This document shows positions 27,876 to 38,248 of a stretch of 64,000 bases of DNA, one piece after another. A program made the translations under genes and the position numbers. The stretch is from a virus: the UHGV virus genome UHGV-0279745; one strand, 5' to 3'. The first letter of the stretch is position 1. Each line of letters opens with the position of its first letter. The notes beneath the pieces were generated by a model. The model made no database searches. It was not told the DNA's origin and saw only the letters and a program-made list of their open reading frames with translations.

Positions 27876-28175
27876 ATGAAAATCAAATTACTGACTCGAA
27901 ACACCACACCGCGTTTAGAACCGGAAATTTATCTGACGCCTGTTAAAAAAGGTCAGAACGGTAAACCTATTCAAGTTGGAAAAGTCTTGAGCGTAACGTC
28001 GTGCCCGAGCGGTAAACGTGTTATGGAACTGGAAATTGACGAGCGTAATAAACGCCGTTTCGAGTCTATTGAAAACCCTTATCCTGAAAATGCGGAAGAA
28101 GTTACTGAGTGGGTAGAGACCTACTTTGAATTCTGGCACAACCGCCGTCTTCTTCTTCCGACCAAGAATCGTTAA
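27876..28175 (+). CDS. hypothetical protein
   Basis: ORF track. Confidence 0.55.
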   Translation: MKIKLLTRNTTPRLEPEIYLTPVKKGQNGKPIQVGKVLSVTSCPSGKRVMELEIDERNKRRFESIENPYPENAEEVTEWVETYFEFWHNRRLLLPTKNR

Positions 28176-28190
28176 TTATCGGAGCGCTAA

Positions 28191-29687
28191 ATGGCAGGCC
28201 CAACTAAGCAAGTTATCGGTGAAGTAATTCGTCCACGTTTTAACGTTTACACCATCATGGATCATGCCTTAGGTAACTACGAAAAAGGTGAAGATGGTTT
28301 GTACTACCTTAACGGTGGTTTTGCCCACATCATGGGTTTCGCAGGTCGCGGTAACACTTTTAAATCCACCTTGTTAGATTTCTGTATCTTCCAAATCCTG
28401 CAACGTTATAAAGCAGAGTGGGGTTCTAAGTACGATACAGAAGTGTCCGCTGCCCTCGATCGTTTAGAAACTGGGTACATCTCTGCCATGAACGCCAACG
28501 GTATCGACGACGGAACATCTGTACTGGAGCTTATCCACGAAGGTCGTTATAACCTGGTCGGTTCTGACGTAATGCCTGGGGAACAGTATTACAGTGATTA
28601 TATTCGTGATGAAGTTGAAAAACGCTTCAAACAGTATATGTCTGGTAAGACCCGTGTAACACCGTTCCCCGATCCGGTTCGTCGTAAGTTAAAAGAAATC
28701 CTGGACCCCTGGCTTTATTCTATCGACTCCCTGTCAGAGTGGCATTCCAGTTCGCTGGAAGACAAACACGCAAAAACGGATATCGGGGATTCTGATCAGA
28801 ACATCCTGAACGCCCACGACGCACTGCAAAAATCGAATATGATGAGCCGCTGGCCGTCTGCGTTTGCACGCGGCGGTTTTTACATGGGCTTCGTGGCACA
28901 GATGGCCGATGACTCTGGGAAAGCGATGGCGGGTGGCCGACAGGCTCAAAAAGCAAATGCGAAAATTCTCGACGACGCCAACGACGATTTAAAATTCGCA
29001 GGTATTCCTCGACGTCAGCTTAGCTTTTTAACAAACTCTTTTATCGTCGCGACGAAATCAGGTGAGCTGAAGAAAGACCAGAGCTATAACGCACAGACCG
29101 GTGTTAACGAAGAACTTTATCCGACGTCACGTTCTAAAGCGATGAATGCGTCGGTAAACGACTTGAAGATTATCACCTTTACCCAGTATCGTGCGAAGGG
29201 TGGTCACACCGGTGTGAAATTCCAGATGATCTTCTCTCAGGAAATGGGTCTGTTGTATCACCTGAGCCTGTGGCATTATTTAAGTGACACGCTGAAGAAG
29301 TCAGACTTTGGTTTCACATCAAGCGGTAGTGGAGGTTCCATCAAAGAACTTGACATTCTACCTGGTGTGAAATTCCAACGCACGACAATCCGTGATATGA
29401 TTTCTGATAACGCACGCTTACGTCGCGCTTTAGAAATCACTGCGGCAATTGCGTATATGCAAAACAACTACCATCGTCTTGAAATGAAGTATCATCTCAG
29501 CATGGGTGAGATTTACAAACTGATTGACGAGAAGTGGGACTGGAATGAAATTCTGGATAACACGGTAGAATACTGGATGTTTAAAGACCAGGAAACCAAA
29601 GGCGGTAAACGTACACTGACTGCACGTACCATTCTGGGTATGGCTGTTGATGGGCTAGAACCGAAGTTCCTGACGAAAAAGAAATAA
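28191..29687 (+). CDS. RecA/UvsX-family ATPase (putative recombinase)
   Basis: Walker A-like FAGRGNTFKST and Walker B-like LYSIDSL, which I recall as resembling the T4 UvsX motifs; longer than typical UvsX. Confidence 0.45.
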   Translation: MAGPTKQVIGEVIRPRFNVYTIMDHALGNYEKGEDGLYYLNGGFAHIMGFAGRGNTFKSTLLDFCIFQILQRYKAEWGSKYDTEVSAALDRLETGYISAMNANGIDDGTSVLELIHEGRYNLVGSDVMPGEQYYSDYIRDEVEKRFKQYMSGKTRVTPFPDPVRRKLKEILDPWLYSIDSLSEWHSSSLEDKHAKTDIGDSDQNILNAHDALQKSNMMSRWPSAFARGGFYMGFVAQMADDSGKAMAGGRQAQKANAKILDDANDDLKFAGIPRRQLSFLTNSFIVATKSGELKKDQSYNAQTGVNEELYPTSRSKAMNASVNDLKIITFTQYRAKGGHTGVKFQMIFSQEMGLLYHLSLWHYLSDTLKKSDFGFTSSGSGGSIKELDILPGVKFQRTTIRDMISDNARLRRALEITAAIAYMQNNYHRLEMKYHLSMGEIYKLIDEKWDWNEILDNTVEYWMFKDQETKGGKRTLTARTILGMAVDGLEPKFLTKKK

Positions 29688-29731
29688 ATAGGCTCGGGTA
29701 GGGTAAACCCTACCCGACCTAAGGAGTCATC

Positions 29732-30031
29732 ATGCGTTATCAAACGGAGATTGTGGAACGCTTAAGTGAAGGATTGGCAAGTGTTAATTTAGAAACAGCG
29801 GCCGAATTTCGTGAAGCCTTCACTCACCCGTTTCCCGATCTGGAATCCTTTTGTTTAAAGGTCGCTGAGTATTACTCGAATCTATTAGTACGTTACGGGT
29901 ATGCGCCAGTACGTTCCGAACTTCCTGAAAACACGGAAGCTATCAGCTACTGGATTGACCTGCTTGAAGCAGAAACGTTATCCAATTTACGTAAGGCGGT
30001 AGACAATGAAACTCGAACCAGCGCGGCGTAA
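29732..30031 (+). CDS. hypothetical protein
   Basis: ORF track; RBS cctaaggagtc. Confidence 0.5.
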   Translation: MRYQTEIVERLSEGLASVNLETAAEFREAFTHPFPDLESFCLKVAEYYSNLLVRYGYAPVRSELPENTEAISYWIDLLEAETLSNLRKAVDNETRTSAA

Positions 30032-30674
30032 AAAGGCGGAAGCCTACGCCTTACAAATCTTAAAGTTGGTAGACCCTTCTGGCATTAATGCTGAAGCCGC
30101 GAAGAAAGCCTTCGCACGAATGACCGACGAACAGTTTAACCGACTTCGTAACGGTTTACCTATTTACAACCCGGTGGGAAGTAAAGTCGAAATTGACCAC
30201 CTGCGCAATATCGAGGTGTGCAAAATTCTCGGGGTAAACCTGGAGCAACGACTCTGGTTAACAGAACCAAAAACGGGTGTTTATCACCGTACTCGTTACC
30301 CTCACTTAGTCTTACGCTTGCCTGTCCGTCGTCAGACACAGATGCAAGAAAAGAAAATGGCGGTTGCGAAAAACGACAAAGTTCGCGATAAACTCTCCGG
30401 TCAAGTCGTCGGACCTTCCAAAGCATCCGGGGTGTCCTTCCCAGAGGCATACATCATGTATTCCGATGGTCACGACTGGACACTGAAAGAGTTCTTGTGG
30501 GCGCGTGGTGGTAACGACGCACTACAACGTGCTTTCTATCAATCTCTGCGCCAAACCGGTAAAGGGCGTATTGATTTGCCTGGAGCGGAGCGAACGAGTT
30601 CTAAAGCAACGCGTACGTGGTCAGCGTACCTAAAAGCGATGCATATCGGTAACAACATAGGCCATCCGTCATGA
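30006..30674 (+). CDS. hypothetical protein (start uncertain)
   Basis: ORF track; overlaps upstream gene by 26 nt in another frame. Confidence 0.45.
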   Translation: MKLEPARRKKAEAYALQILKLVDPSGINAEAAKKAFARMTDEQFNRLRNGLPIYNPVGSKVEIDHLRNIEVCKILGVNLEQRLWLTEPKTGVYHRTRYPHLVLRLPVRRQTQMQEKKMAVAKNDKVRDKLSGQVVGPSKASGVSFPEAYIMYSDGHDWTLKEFLWARGGNDALQRAFYQSLRQTGKGRIDLPGAERTSSKATRTWSAYLKAMHIGNNIGHPS

Positions 30675-31393
30675 GATTATCTCGGCGTTTCTTAATCGAT
30701 ATTGATACGTTATTTGATACGCGTTTAGGTTGGGTAAAAGCCGTTAAGCCTGAAAGCTTAGCATTGCTAGACTACGATGTTTATCGTCGTCGCTATACAG
30801 AAGCTTGGGCTGGCGTACTTGGATTTGAAAAATGGGATGAAGAGTGGCGGAAGCGGGATAAGCGCGCGTTGATTAATGCGCAACCTACTGAATTATTGGC
30901 AACAATGAAAAACGAATTCGAGTGTATGTTGCTTGAAATCGAAATGCATTCGCCAATTGAAAAACCCACTCTGACCATCAATACGTGGCCGTATACGGAT
31001 TTAACGGGCGAAGAACTTCAAGCCTTTTTGAATCTGTTTCGGATGTACTACAATAACGTACAAGTTGAATTGGTGTCTTGGTCGTTAGAAGATCTCACAC
31101 CGGGGAGATTGTCGTTGGCGTGGGATTGCTGGATAATGTACGATTGGTTCGAGTGGATTAAGCTTAACGCTACGCACTTGAAAAAACCGATTCCGAGCTT
31201 TACCATCACACACCCTGCCATGCTCACACCAGAACTGACCGGGGAATTGGTTGAACAAATCAAACAAGACGGCGTTAATCCGTTTAAGGAACATATCCGG
31301 TTTATGGCAGAGTGGGTCGGTGTCGACCCACGAGATGCCGCTTTATTTAGTCTTGCTCGCCCTGCTCAGGACGTGCAAACGCCGCCGTCATAA
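30671..31393 (+). CDS. hypothetical protein
   Basis: ORF track; ATGA stop-start overlap. Confidence 0.55.
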   Translation: MRLSRRFLIDIDTLFDTRLGWVKAVKPESLALLDYDVYRRRYTEAWAGVLGFEKWDEEWRKRDKRALINAQPTELLATMKNEFECMLLEIEMHSPIEKPTLTINTWPYTDLTGEELQAFLNLFRMYYNNVQVELVSWSLEDLTPGRLSLAWDCWIMYDWFEWIKLNATHLKKPIPSFTITHPAMLTPELTGELVEQIKQDGVNPFKEHIRFMAEWVGVDPRDAALFSLARPAQDVQTPPS

Positions 31394-31811
31394 TGGACTT
31401 AACATCGATTTGTTCGCCTACTGGTGCCAGCTCCCCTTCTGTTACTTCAACATCAGGAATAACAGGAACGGGGGGCTGGTAGCCCTGGGTTTCTTCGATT
31501 TCCTCATCGTGACGACGTATTTTGATATTACCGCGTTGCATGAGGATGCTATTAAGTGCATTCGCCAAATCTTGGTTAGCTTCGCTGTTTTTCTGTGCAG
31601 CAGCAACACGACGTTTGGAAATGATTTGTTTATCGACGTCGTTAAGCAAAGACCCCAGCCGGTCTACCGTTTTCAAGTCTTTGTGTGCTTGAGGATCGTC
31701 CAAGATGAGATTCACAATCCGTACACGGGCTTGTTGCGTTTGGCGGAGAAGCGATTCTTCGTCGTCCACATCTCCATCAAACGCCTGATATTTCACTTCT
31801 TCGTCAGCCAT
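31347..31811 (-). CDS. acidic hypothetical protein
   Basis: ORF track; GAGGT RBS 8 nt upstream on minus strand; 3' end overlaps the convergent 30671..31393 gene by 47 nt. Confidence 0.55.
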   Translation of the reverse strand: MADEEVKYQAFDGDVDDEESLLRQTQQARVRIVNLILDDPQAHKDLKTVDRLGSLLNDVDKQIISKRRVAAAQKNSEANQDLANALNSILMQRGNIKIRRHDEEIEETQGYQPPVPVIPDVEVTEGELAPVGEQIDVKSIMTAAFARPEQGEQD

Positions 31812-31844
31812 TCTTACTACCTCAATTTCAAAAAGAAGTCAGAC

Positions 31845-31862
31845 AGATATTATCTACGTGAG
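31845..31862 (+). promoter_or_regulatory. candidate promoter-like element, variant class (agatattatctacgtgag)
   Basis: In the divergent intergenic region, about 20 nt upstream of the RBS of the 31883 gene. Confidence 0.3.
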
Positions 31863-31882
31863 ACATTCTTTAGGAGTGAATT

Positions 31883-32431
31883 ATGTTAACAGGAATAATA
31901 ACTCGTTTTAAACAACGGTTAGAGAATAATCGTTTAAAAGCCCTCAGAGAGTCTCTGAAGCAGGAGTTCCATAAGAACACCCACAACCCCTATGTCAGAG
32001 TCTTTACCGGCTTACAATTGCTTACGTTGCCTTTAAACATAAACGAAGAACCCTTTCGTCCCAGCCTTCGCGGTTTCCTCGAATTGCGTGTTAATAACAT
32101 TGACCTCGTTTATCAACGTTTGGCATTTCTCATTAATGAATACCAACGAGCAATTAACAGGAGTTCAATAGAATGGCTACCATTACCTGATGCTTTAAAT
32201 AAACGAAACGACTTGGCGGAATACCGATGGCTAGACACTTATTTTGGGACGTCCAGTCCTGAGGTTGCCGCTTATAAGCTAGGTAAAATACTCGCGCTAA
32301 TTCAACCCTATGAATCAGCGTTCCTTAAACCGGAGTCCGACGAAGACAAAGCGCTGGTAAATCAAACTGCGCATTTATTCCGGGAGTTGGAAACGTTGAT
32401 TGAACACTACCTTTTAGAACGTCCTATTTAA
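31883..32431 (+). CDS. hypothetical protein
   Basis: ORF track; RBS ctttaggagtg. Confidence 0.6.
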   Translation: MLTGIITRFKQRLENNRLKALRESLKQEFHKNTHNPYVRVFTGLQLLTLPLNINEEPFRPSLRGFLELRVNNIDLVYQRLAFLINEYQRAINRSSIEWLPLPDALNKRNDLAEYRWLDTYFGTSSPEVAAYKLGKILALIQPYESAFLKPESDEDKALVNQTAHLFRELETLIEHYLLERPI

Positions 32432-32464
32432 TAAACCAGTAACCCCTTGTAACAAGGTGATGTG

Positions 32465-33307
32465 ATGGATAGCAAAAAAGTAAGTGTGGTCGTGGACGCT
32501 GAAGACGAACGTGCAGGCGGACCACTTCAAACACTATATTGGAATTATAAAGAATTGATCGGATGGAAGCCTTCGGATTATAAACTCGCCGTCGCCAAAC
32601 ATATTCTGTCTCCAGAATTTAAAACACGTTCAAAAGCAACGATGGACGATCGAATACAACGTATCTCCACGAAGCTGAGTTCAGGTAACATCCCTGCACT
32701 ACCTGTCGATCTTACCTGGCGAGGTTTTACAGAAGGGTTGGTGATTACCGGAGTGGAAACACTGCGGATTTGTGTAACCACTTACCGAGGACACTTCAAA
32801 ACAAAAACCGTATCTGAAATTACCACACGCGTGCGTGAAGATCTCGCTCGGGATTTGTTCGAAGATAACGACGAACGACCTAAAGAGTCTGCAACTGCGC
32901 AATTGAACCGTTATTTCCAGAACTGTGGTGAGACCGCAAAGATGATGGTGCATCCGTTATCTCGGCTAACTTGGACTATCTTCGCAAACATGAAAATGAA
33001 TGCGGACTGGTGGTACCGTCTTTCCACAAACTTCGTTAACGATCCTGCTAACTGTGAGCAAACGCCGTCGAAACGAAATGATTTGCGGCACAACATGCAG
33101 CACAATCTAAGGTTAAAAAAGAAGTTTTCCTGGAAATGGTTTATGAGGGTACTCAAGGCAATTGATGTTCGTAGTTTCGAAATCCTTCTGACCTTAAGGC
33201 GTCAGAAAGACAATAAAATCTACGAAGTTCAGGTCACGGTAAACCTTGACGAATACCAAATTGGAGACCAGAATGAAAATCGACCAAATAACCAGTCAGA
33301 TAAATAA
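32465..33307 (+). CDS. hypothetical protein
   Basis: ORF track (ATG one codon after the GTG at 32462). Confidence 0.55.
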   Translation: MDSKKVSVVVDAEDERAGGPLQTLYWNYKELIGWKPSDYKLAVAKHILSPEFKTRSKATMDDRIQRISTKLSSGNIPALPVDLTWRGFTEGLVITGVETLRICVTTYRGHFKTKTVSEITTRVREDLARDLFEDNDERPKESATAQLNRYFQNCGETAKMMVHPLSRLTWTIFANMKMNADWWYRLSTNFVNDPANCEQTPSKRNDLRHNMQHNLRLKKKFSWKWFMRVLKAIDVRSFEILLTLRRQKDNKIYEVQVTVNLDEYQIGDQNENRPNNQSDK

Positions 33308-34547
33308 AGGTCAGTCAGCAATCGATAATTCCGTTAATACGGCAAAGAACGCCGCAAACCGCGTACAATCGACGGTGGAGAATGCGGAGCGTGGTATTAA
33401 AAGCACGGTCGATAGCGTCAACCGATTGTCAGAACGTGCTGGTGAAACATTCAACAAACTGATTGGCGGTGGTAACGAACTGACCAGCAAAATTGGTAAC
33501 CTTTTTGGCGGTAGTGATACCGCCAGTGTTGGCGGAAGTAAGACTGCGGGGAGTTCGGCTTCCGGTGTATCTCCGGGACAAAAAGTTCCCGGGTTTGCAT
33601 CTAATACCAAAGAAACACTTCCTGTCCTCGATCCACAAAAGCGTGACGTTTCTGAACCTTTTAAGAAAAAGGACGAAGATGGTCTAAAAGCGCTAGACTA
33701 CCTAAGTCCGGGTGGGATGGGGAAACTGTTAAATAAAGGGTGGGACAGCATCGGCAGCTTAACCGACTCTGTTTTATCAGGTATCGGCACCGACTTTAAC
33801 TCAGTGAAAAAACGTCTCGAAGGGACGATGAACATTGCTGGGCAACTGGCTAAACTCCCCTCGGAAGTTAGTCAAGAAGTCAACGGCTTTATGTCCGAAG
33901 TCAACAGTATGCGTTATCAAATCACCTCGATCGTTGATGACGTACAGCATACTTTCGACAGCTACAAAGACTTAGACGACTTCTTAGCCATCGATAACCT
34001 GATTAACAGCTTTAAAGGCAGCAACAGTTTCTCCACGTTAGACATTAATACCTCTTCAGCATTGATTTATGGCCTGTCTACCAAACTGAACAGTTATGGT
34101 TTACCGGCTAAAATCGAACCGATGCTTCAAGCGATTACCGATGCGCAAGCGAAAGAGGTACTGTACGGCGAGCTGATGATTCAGGCAGCAGCGACAGGTA
34201 ATCTGGATTCAACGGAATACTATCTGGATAAACTCCAACCGGGGCAAGGGACTCAGATCGCAACCACCGTTATCCAGAACCTTATGGCTAACCTTCGGGT
34301 TGAACCCGGTGTCAGTTTCAAAACGTATGGCACTCGTCTATTAACGTTATTTAAAGGATTAGATGCAAAATGGGACAAAGCGAAAAACATCACGCCAGAA
34401 ATGACTGAACTTAAACTTTACACCTATGCAGGCGTAAATGCGATTCAGGCGCTACTGACCACCGAGAAACGTAATTACGTGATTGCTGCAGGTAGTGTAA
34501 GTTACCAGTCTACCGATAAAATCGTGGAAGACTATTTTGCAATTTAA
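33273..34547 (+). CDS. hypothetical protein with Gly/Ser/Asn-rich N-terminal region
   Basis: ATG 33273 with GGAGA RBS; low-complexity N-terminal third. Confidence 0.55.
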   Translation: MKIDQITSQINKGQSAIDNSVNTAKNAANRVQSTVENAERGIKSTVDSVNRLSERAGETFNKLIGGGNELTSKIGNLFGGSDTASVGGSKTAGSSASGVSPGQKVPGFASNTKETLPVLDPQKRDVSEPFKKKDEDGLKALDYLSPGGMGKLLNKGWDSIGSLTDSVLSGIGTDFNSVKKRLEGTMNIAGQLAKLPSEVSQEVNGFMSEVNSMRYQITSIVDDVQHTFDSYKDLDDFLAIDNLINSFKGSNSFSTLDINTSSALIYGLSTKLNSYGLPAKIEPMLQAITDAQAKEVLYGELMIQAAATGNLDSTEYYLDKLQPGQGTQIATTVIQNLMANLRVEPGVSFKTYGTRLLTLFKGLDAKWDKAKNITPEMTELKLYTYAGVNAIQALLTTEKRNYVIAAGSVSYQSTDKIVEDYFAI

Positions 34548-34557
34548 GAGGCCGGTT

Positions 34558-35379
34558 ATGTCCGAACCACAATTACTGCGTTCCGTATTAAAGAAGATCA
34601 AAAGCCAGGGTGAAGACAATCACGCTTTGGCATTAACGCTGGGTTATCAACCTGGGCGAAATAATCCTAATGGATACGTTAACGCGTCAAACATCGTGCT
34701 TACTCCTGATGAGCGCTTTGTTTATGTCCTATACCTTCGTCGTTTAGGCTACGTTTGTGCGTTACCCGAAAAACTCCCTTTTACCGATGGTATTAACCAT
34801 CTTAACCTTTACTCTAACGGTCGTACTACCGTAGGGAAGATGATCAGTAACTTCTACGCGCAACCTAACGGTGCGAAATTCGACACAATTCACGGTCAGT
34901 TTTTAACGTTAGAAGGCTACTATCATTATTTAAGGATCGTGGACTATCTGTTCTACAAAGGCTACGGAATAAACGCTTTGGGTCGTTTGGAAACTGAATA
35001 TCCTGACATCCGTTTATTACGCACCCTGACTGGGGCTGAATGTATACAACACGGTCGGCGATTAAAGGCGAGTATCTACGGGGGCACGGATTATCGGCCT
35101 GGCGAGTTTAGCAATTACGCAAGCGGTGCATTTCAAAACGCATTATTGCGTAAGCTCCGACTCTTGAAGTTTGACGGAAGCTGCTTAGGTAATGTGTTAT
35201 CGTACTGTCATTCGATGGGATTACCGTTCTTGCATTACTACGTTATGAACGGCCGGGTTATTACACCACCCCATTCGGAATGGCTTCCTAATCTGGTGGT
35301 TTCTATTGTAGAAAACATCGACTTTAACGACACAACGTTCGACATTACGAGCGTCAGTGAAAGTATGGGATTAATCTAA
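34558..35379 (+). CDS. hypothetical protein
   Basis: ATG 34558 with AGAGG RBS. Confidence 0.55.
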   Translation: MSEPQLLRSVLKKIKSQGEDNHALALTLGYQPGRNNPNGYVNASNIVLTPDERFVYVLYLRRLGYVCALPEKLPFTDGINHLNLYSNGRTTVGKMISNFYAQPNGAKFDTIHGQFLTLEGYYHYLRIVDYLFYKGYGINALGRLETEYPDIRLLRTLTGAECIQHGRRLKASIYGGTDYRPGEFSNYASGAFQNALLRKLRLLKFDGSCLGNVLSYCHSMGLPFLHYYVMNGRVITPPHSEWLPNLVVSIVENIDFNDTTFDITSVSESMGLI

Positions 35380-36038
35380 TGGGATTATTCGATACCCTTG
35401 CGCAATTGGAAAAAGCGCAGGAAGAAGAGGTTATTCGCGTTGCAGGCGAATCCATTAAACGTGAAGTGGAAAAGGAATATTGCGTCTGGGTTAAACCTAC
35501 GCAAGCGGGATGGGATTGGCTGCACGCACAGTCCGCCAAGATGTTCATGGACATTCTCATGCCGATAGAAGGTGGGCGTCGCCGTATCCGTATTAAAGAA
35601 GACGGTACAGCACAGCTAACGCTTAAGCGTAAATTCCTGGACGGAAAGGTTGAAGAGAATTCGGATATCGGTATTAGTTCTGCACTCTCTTTTTACAAGG
35701 ACGGTTATTTGGCACACCTGGTGAAACGTATTCACTTAGAACCGGGTGAATTAGCCGATAAAGGTGCTAAGCATTGGGATATTGATATTTTCAGTATCAC
35801 CACCGGACACCCCGCAATTGAAGTTTCGGGTGACTTTAACGATCTCCTCACTGAGATGCGTAGCAGTACCAGCGTCGGTGACTGGGTGAAAGTTGAACTG
35901 GAAGTCGAACGTTACGAGATTGCGGATGTTCTGTCTGTGATTCCGTTTGAGTTTGACGGCCATATTCCGGCTACGCCAAAAGATCCTGAAGACCAAGAAT
36001 ATCTTCGTGATTACTGGGATTCAGTTACCCGTATGTAA
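35379..36038 (+). CDS. hypothetical protein
   Basis: ORF track; TAATG overlap. Confidence 0.6.
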   Translation: MGLFDTLAQLEKAQEEEVIRVAGESIKREVEKEYCVWVKPTQAGWDWLHAQSAKMFMDILMPIEGGRRRIRIKEDGTAQLTLKRKFLDGKVEENSDIGISSALSFYKDGYLAHLVKRIHLEPGELADKGAKHWDIDIFSITTGHPAIEVSGDFNDLLTEMRSSTSVGDWVKVELEVERYEIADVLSVIPFEFDGHIPATPKDPEDQEYLRDYWDSVTRM

Positions 36039-36040
36039 CA

Positions 36041-36082
36041 CCCACCCTACTCCTGACTAGGAGTAGGGTATTTTCATTTTTT
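36041..36082 (+). terminator. intrinsic terminator (CCCTACTCC/GGAGTAGGG stem family)
   Basis: ccctactcc-tgacta-ggagtaggg plus T-run. Confidence 0.7.
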
Positions 36083-36101
36083 ACCCTAAAGGAGAATTAC
36101 C

Positions 36102-36470
36102 ATGCAAGCTCAGTTTTTTAGTACACCCAAAGGTTTCGGTTTTAAATTCCCTGAATTTGTTTTACCAAAACAAGTTATTGAAGTACCCTTCCCCCGTTAT
36201 GTGCAATTAGGACTGCGCACTGTACTTGCCAACTTTTCGGGAAAGACTGTGGAAATTCGTGTGTGGGAAGGTTCGGGAACTCCTGGCGGTGTTATGTTTG
36301 TTGATTACAATTGGATTAAAAGAACAGGTTTTCCGCTTGTACGAACAGTTGAGGCTGCTCGTGGATTACCCTTCCACGTTCTACTGGAAGATATAACGTT
36401 ACCTGTAACTGGCGATTATTCTTCTCCTGCGGATGACGAATACCAAATTCATCTTGTTTTGTTGAAATGA
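36102..36470 (+). CDS. hypothetical protein
   Basis: ORF track; RBS cctaaaggagaa. Confidence 0.6.
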   Translation: MQAQFFSTPKGFGFKFPEFVLPKQVIEVPFPRYVQLGLRTVLANFSGKTVEIRVWEGSGTPGGVMFVDYNWIKRTGFPLVRTVEAARGLPFHVLLEDITLPVTGDYSSPADDEYQIHLVLLK

Positions 36471-36530
36471 TTTTTACAGTTGGGAACAGACTTATGTCTC
36501 CCAAGACTGCGTTTAAGCGGAGAAACAATT

Positions 36531-37058
36531 ATGCGTGGATATATTCTCGATCTTGCAATTTCTGTAGAAGAACTTGTGGAAAAACTCGGCGGTACCGGTC
36601 GCGGACTTCATGAGAAGACCGAAAGCATAGCTCATCTTCTCGAACCAAAATACGTACGGAAACTCCACATGATTGCTTCCGTTCGCAACAAATCCAACCA
36701 CAGGAGAATTCTTCCTGATCGCATAGACGTCTATGAACAAGCTGTGGAAGAAACCAGGCTCTATTTAGAAGATCTGATTAGGAAAATTGAAGAACGGAAA
36801 CGTCAAAAGGCTGCGGAGATAAACGCCAAATACCTAAACCGCGAAGCGTTGTTGAAACAGGTAGAAGACGAAATCGAACGTAACAGTGTTGAAACAGAAC
36901 GCATGAGAACGCAAACCTCCACATCGAATACAGGCCCGTCTACTACGGAAGAGAAGAAATGGTCTGATTTGACTGTGATAGAAAAGATAGGTTGGGGTGC
37001 CGGTATTGCAATCATGGGAGCTGCGGTTGCGTACCTTAAAATAAAGTCTCGTGACTAA
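36531..37058 (+). CDS. coiled-coil protein with C-terminal membrane anchor
   Basis: ATG 36531 with GGAGAAA RBS; C-terminal IGWGAGIAIMGAAVAYL hydrophobic helix. Confidence 0.5.
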   Translation: MRGYILDLAISVEELVEKLGGTGRGLHEKTESIAHLLEPKYVRKLHMIASVRNKSNHRRILPDRIDVYEQAVEETRLYLEDLIRKIEERKRQKAAEINAKYLNREALLKQVEDEIERNSVETERMRTQTSTSNTGPSTTEEKKWSDLTVIEKIGWGAGIAIMGAAVAYLKIKSRD

Positions 37059-37072
37059 ATCGGGTATCGGAA

Positions 37073-37618
37073 ATGAAACAAATACAGTTAACTGATCACG
37101 TTAATGCGTTTAAACACTTTCTGGATAACGCGGGTATAAAACCTGGCGAACAGACAGACGCATGGACTGCACGTGTTTACGGAAGTATTGGCAAAGTCTG
37201 TGAATCCACGACAACACACGATGGGTTGTTTGTTGCTAAAGCAGTAGGTATTGCCTTGTGGGATCTTGCTGCTTTGGTTTACGTGATGAATAACGGGGAT
37301 TTACGCCCCCTTGAAAAATCGTTACACAGACTACTAGCCATTAAGAAATGGAAAAACGAACATCCTGAGACAATCGCGGTGACGTTGATGCCAGAAGCGG
37401 TACTTGCTATCAAAGCGGTACGCAGTTGTACCGCACGCGCACAAATGGAGCGTCGACTACACCTCACGACGCTCTTTTATCAGTTGGCTAGAATTGTAAA
37501 GATGAACGGCCTAATCTTCGACCGGGTTCTACAAAACGGACGTATAAGTTGGACAGAAGAACTAAGCAGTTCTCCGTTCTATACAAAACTAAAGCTTAAA
37601 GACATTTTGAAGGATTAA
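37073..37618 (+). CDS. hypothetical protein
   Basis: ORF track. Confidence 0.55.
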   Translation: MKQIQLTDHVNAFKHFLDNAGIKPGEQTDAWTARVYGSIGKVCESTTTHDGLFVAKAVGIALWDLAALVYVMNNGDLRPLEKSLHRLLAIKKWKNEHPETIAVTLMPEAVLAIKAVRSCTARAQMERRLHLTTLFYQLARIVKMNGLIFDRVLQNGRISWTEELSSSPFYTKLKLKDILKD

Positions 37619-37619
37619 C

Positions 37620-37928
37620 ATGGAAAACTATTCGGGTTGGGCAATTTCGCAGTGCATTGGTTATTCTTTACGTTCTTTAGTGCGTACACTTTATAACAAA
37701 AACTCAGGCGAAGCTATTACACCACAGTTACTGGGCAAATTGGAAGTCGAAGTTAACCACAAATTAAAGCAGTTACTCGACAGCCACGTAAGAACAATGC
37801 GTTGGGAGTTCTTGCTACGTGGTAAGAAGCCAACAATTACCGTTGTAGCAGAAGGCAGTGAAATCGTACTGCAATCCAACGCAGACCTATTTGAAATTTT
37901 AACTGAACTCGAAAGGGACAAAATCTGA
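37620..37928 (+). CDS. hypothetical protein
   Basis: ORF track. Confidence 0.55.
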   Translation: MENYSGWAISQCIGYSLRSLVRTLYNKNSGEAITPQLLGKLEVEVNHKLKQLLDSHVRTMRWEFLLRGKKPTITVVAEGSEIVLQSNADLFEILTELERDKI

Positions 37929-38248
37929 TGGTTACGAACGACAATATCAAGAAAAAGATTGACGAAATTATAAGCGTCAGTTTAGATAGAATCGAATTAA
38001 TTCCCGAAACTAAGGAGATCAAATATTACGTTCCTGCGGACGAACTATTTCCAGGTCTTCTTAGAATCTCACCAAAAAAGGTTGAAGAGGCTAAACGGCA
38101 ATTCGAAGTTCGTGGCCTTAAGGTTGACATTGTTAACAAAAAACATTTCCATGTAACGTATAGCCAGGAAAACATTATATTTAGTCCTGAACAAGCGCAA
38201 CGTAATTTAGATATTTTAACGAAACGAATGGGGAATAATAACAAATGA
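37928..38248 (+). CDS. hypothetical protein
   Basis: ORF track; ATGA overlaps. Confidence 0.55.
   Translation: MVTNDNIKKKIDEIISVSLDRIELIPETKEIKYYVPADELFPGLLRISPKKVEEAKRQFEVRGLKVDIVNKKHFHVTYSQENIIFSPEQAQRNLDILTKRMGNNNK

Noticed and set aside
29732-30674. Programmed frameshift joining 29732..30031 and 30006..30674
   Set aside because: No slippery heptamer or downstream structure recognised in the 26-nt overlap; treated as two genes with an uncertain second start.
31251-31889. 212-aa plus-strand ORF
   Set aside because: Antisense to the well-supported minus-strand gene 31347..31811; low-complexity Phe/Cys/Arg-rich translation with no RBS, so most likely spurious.
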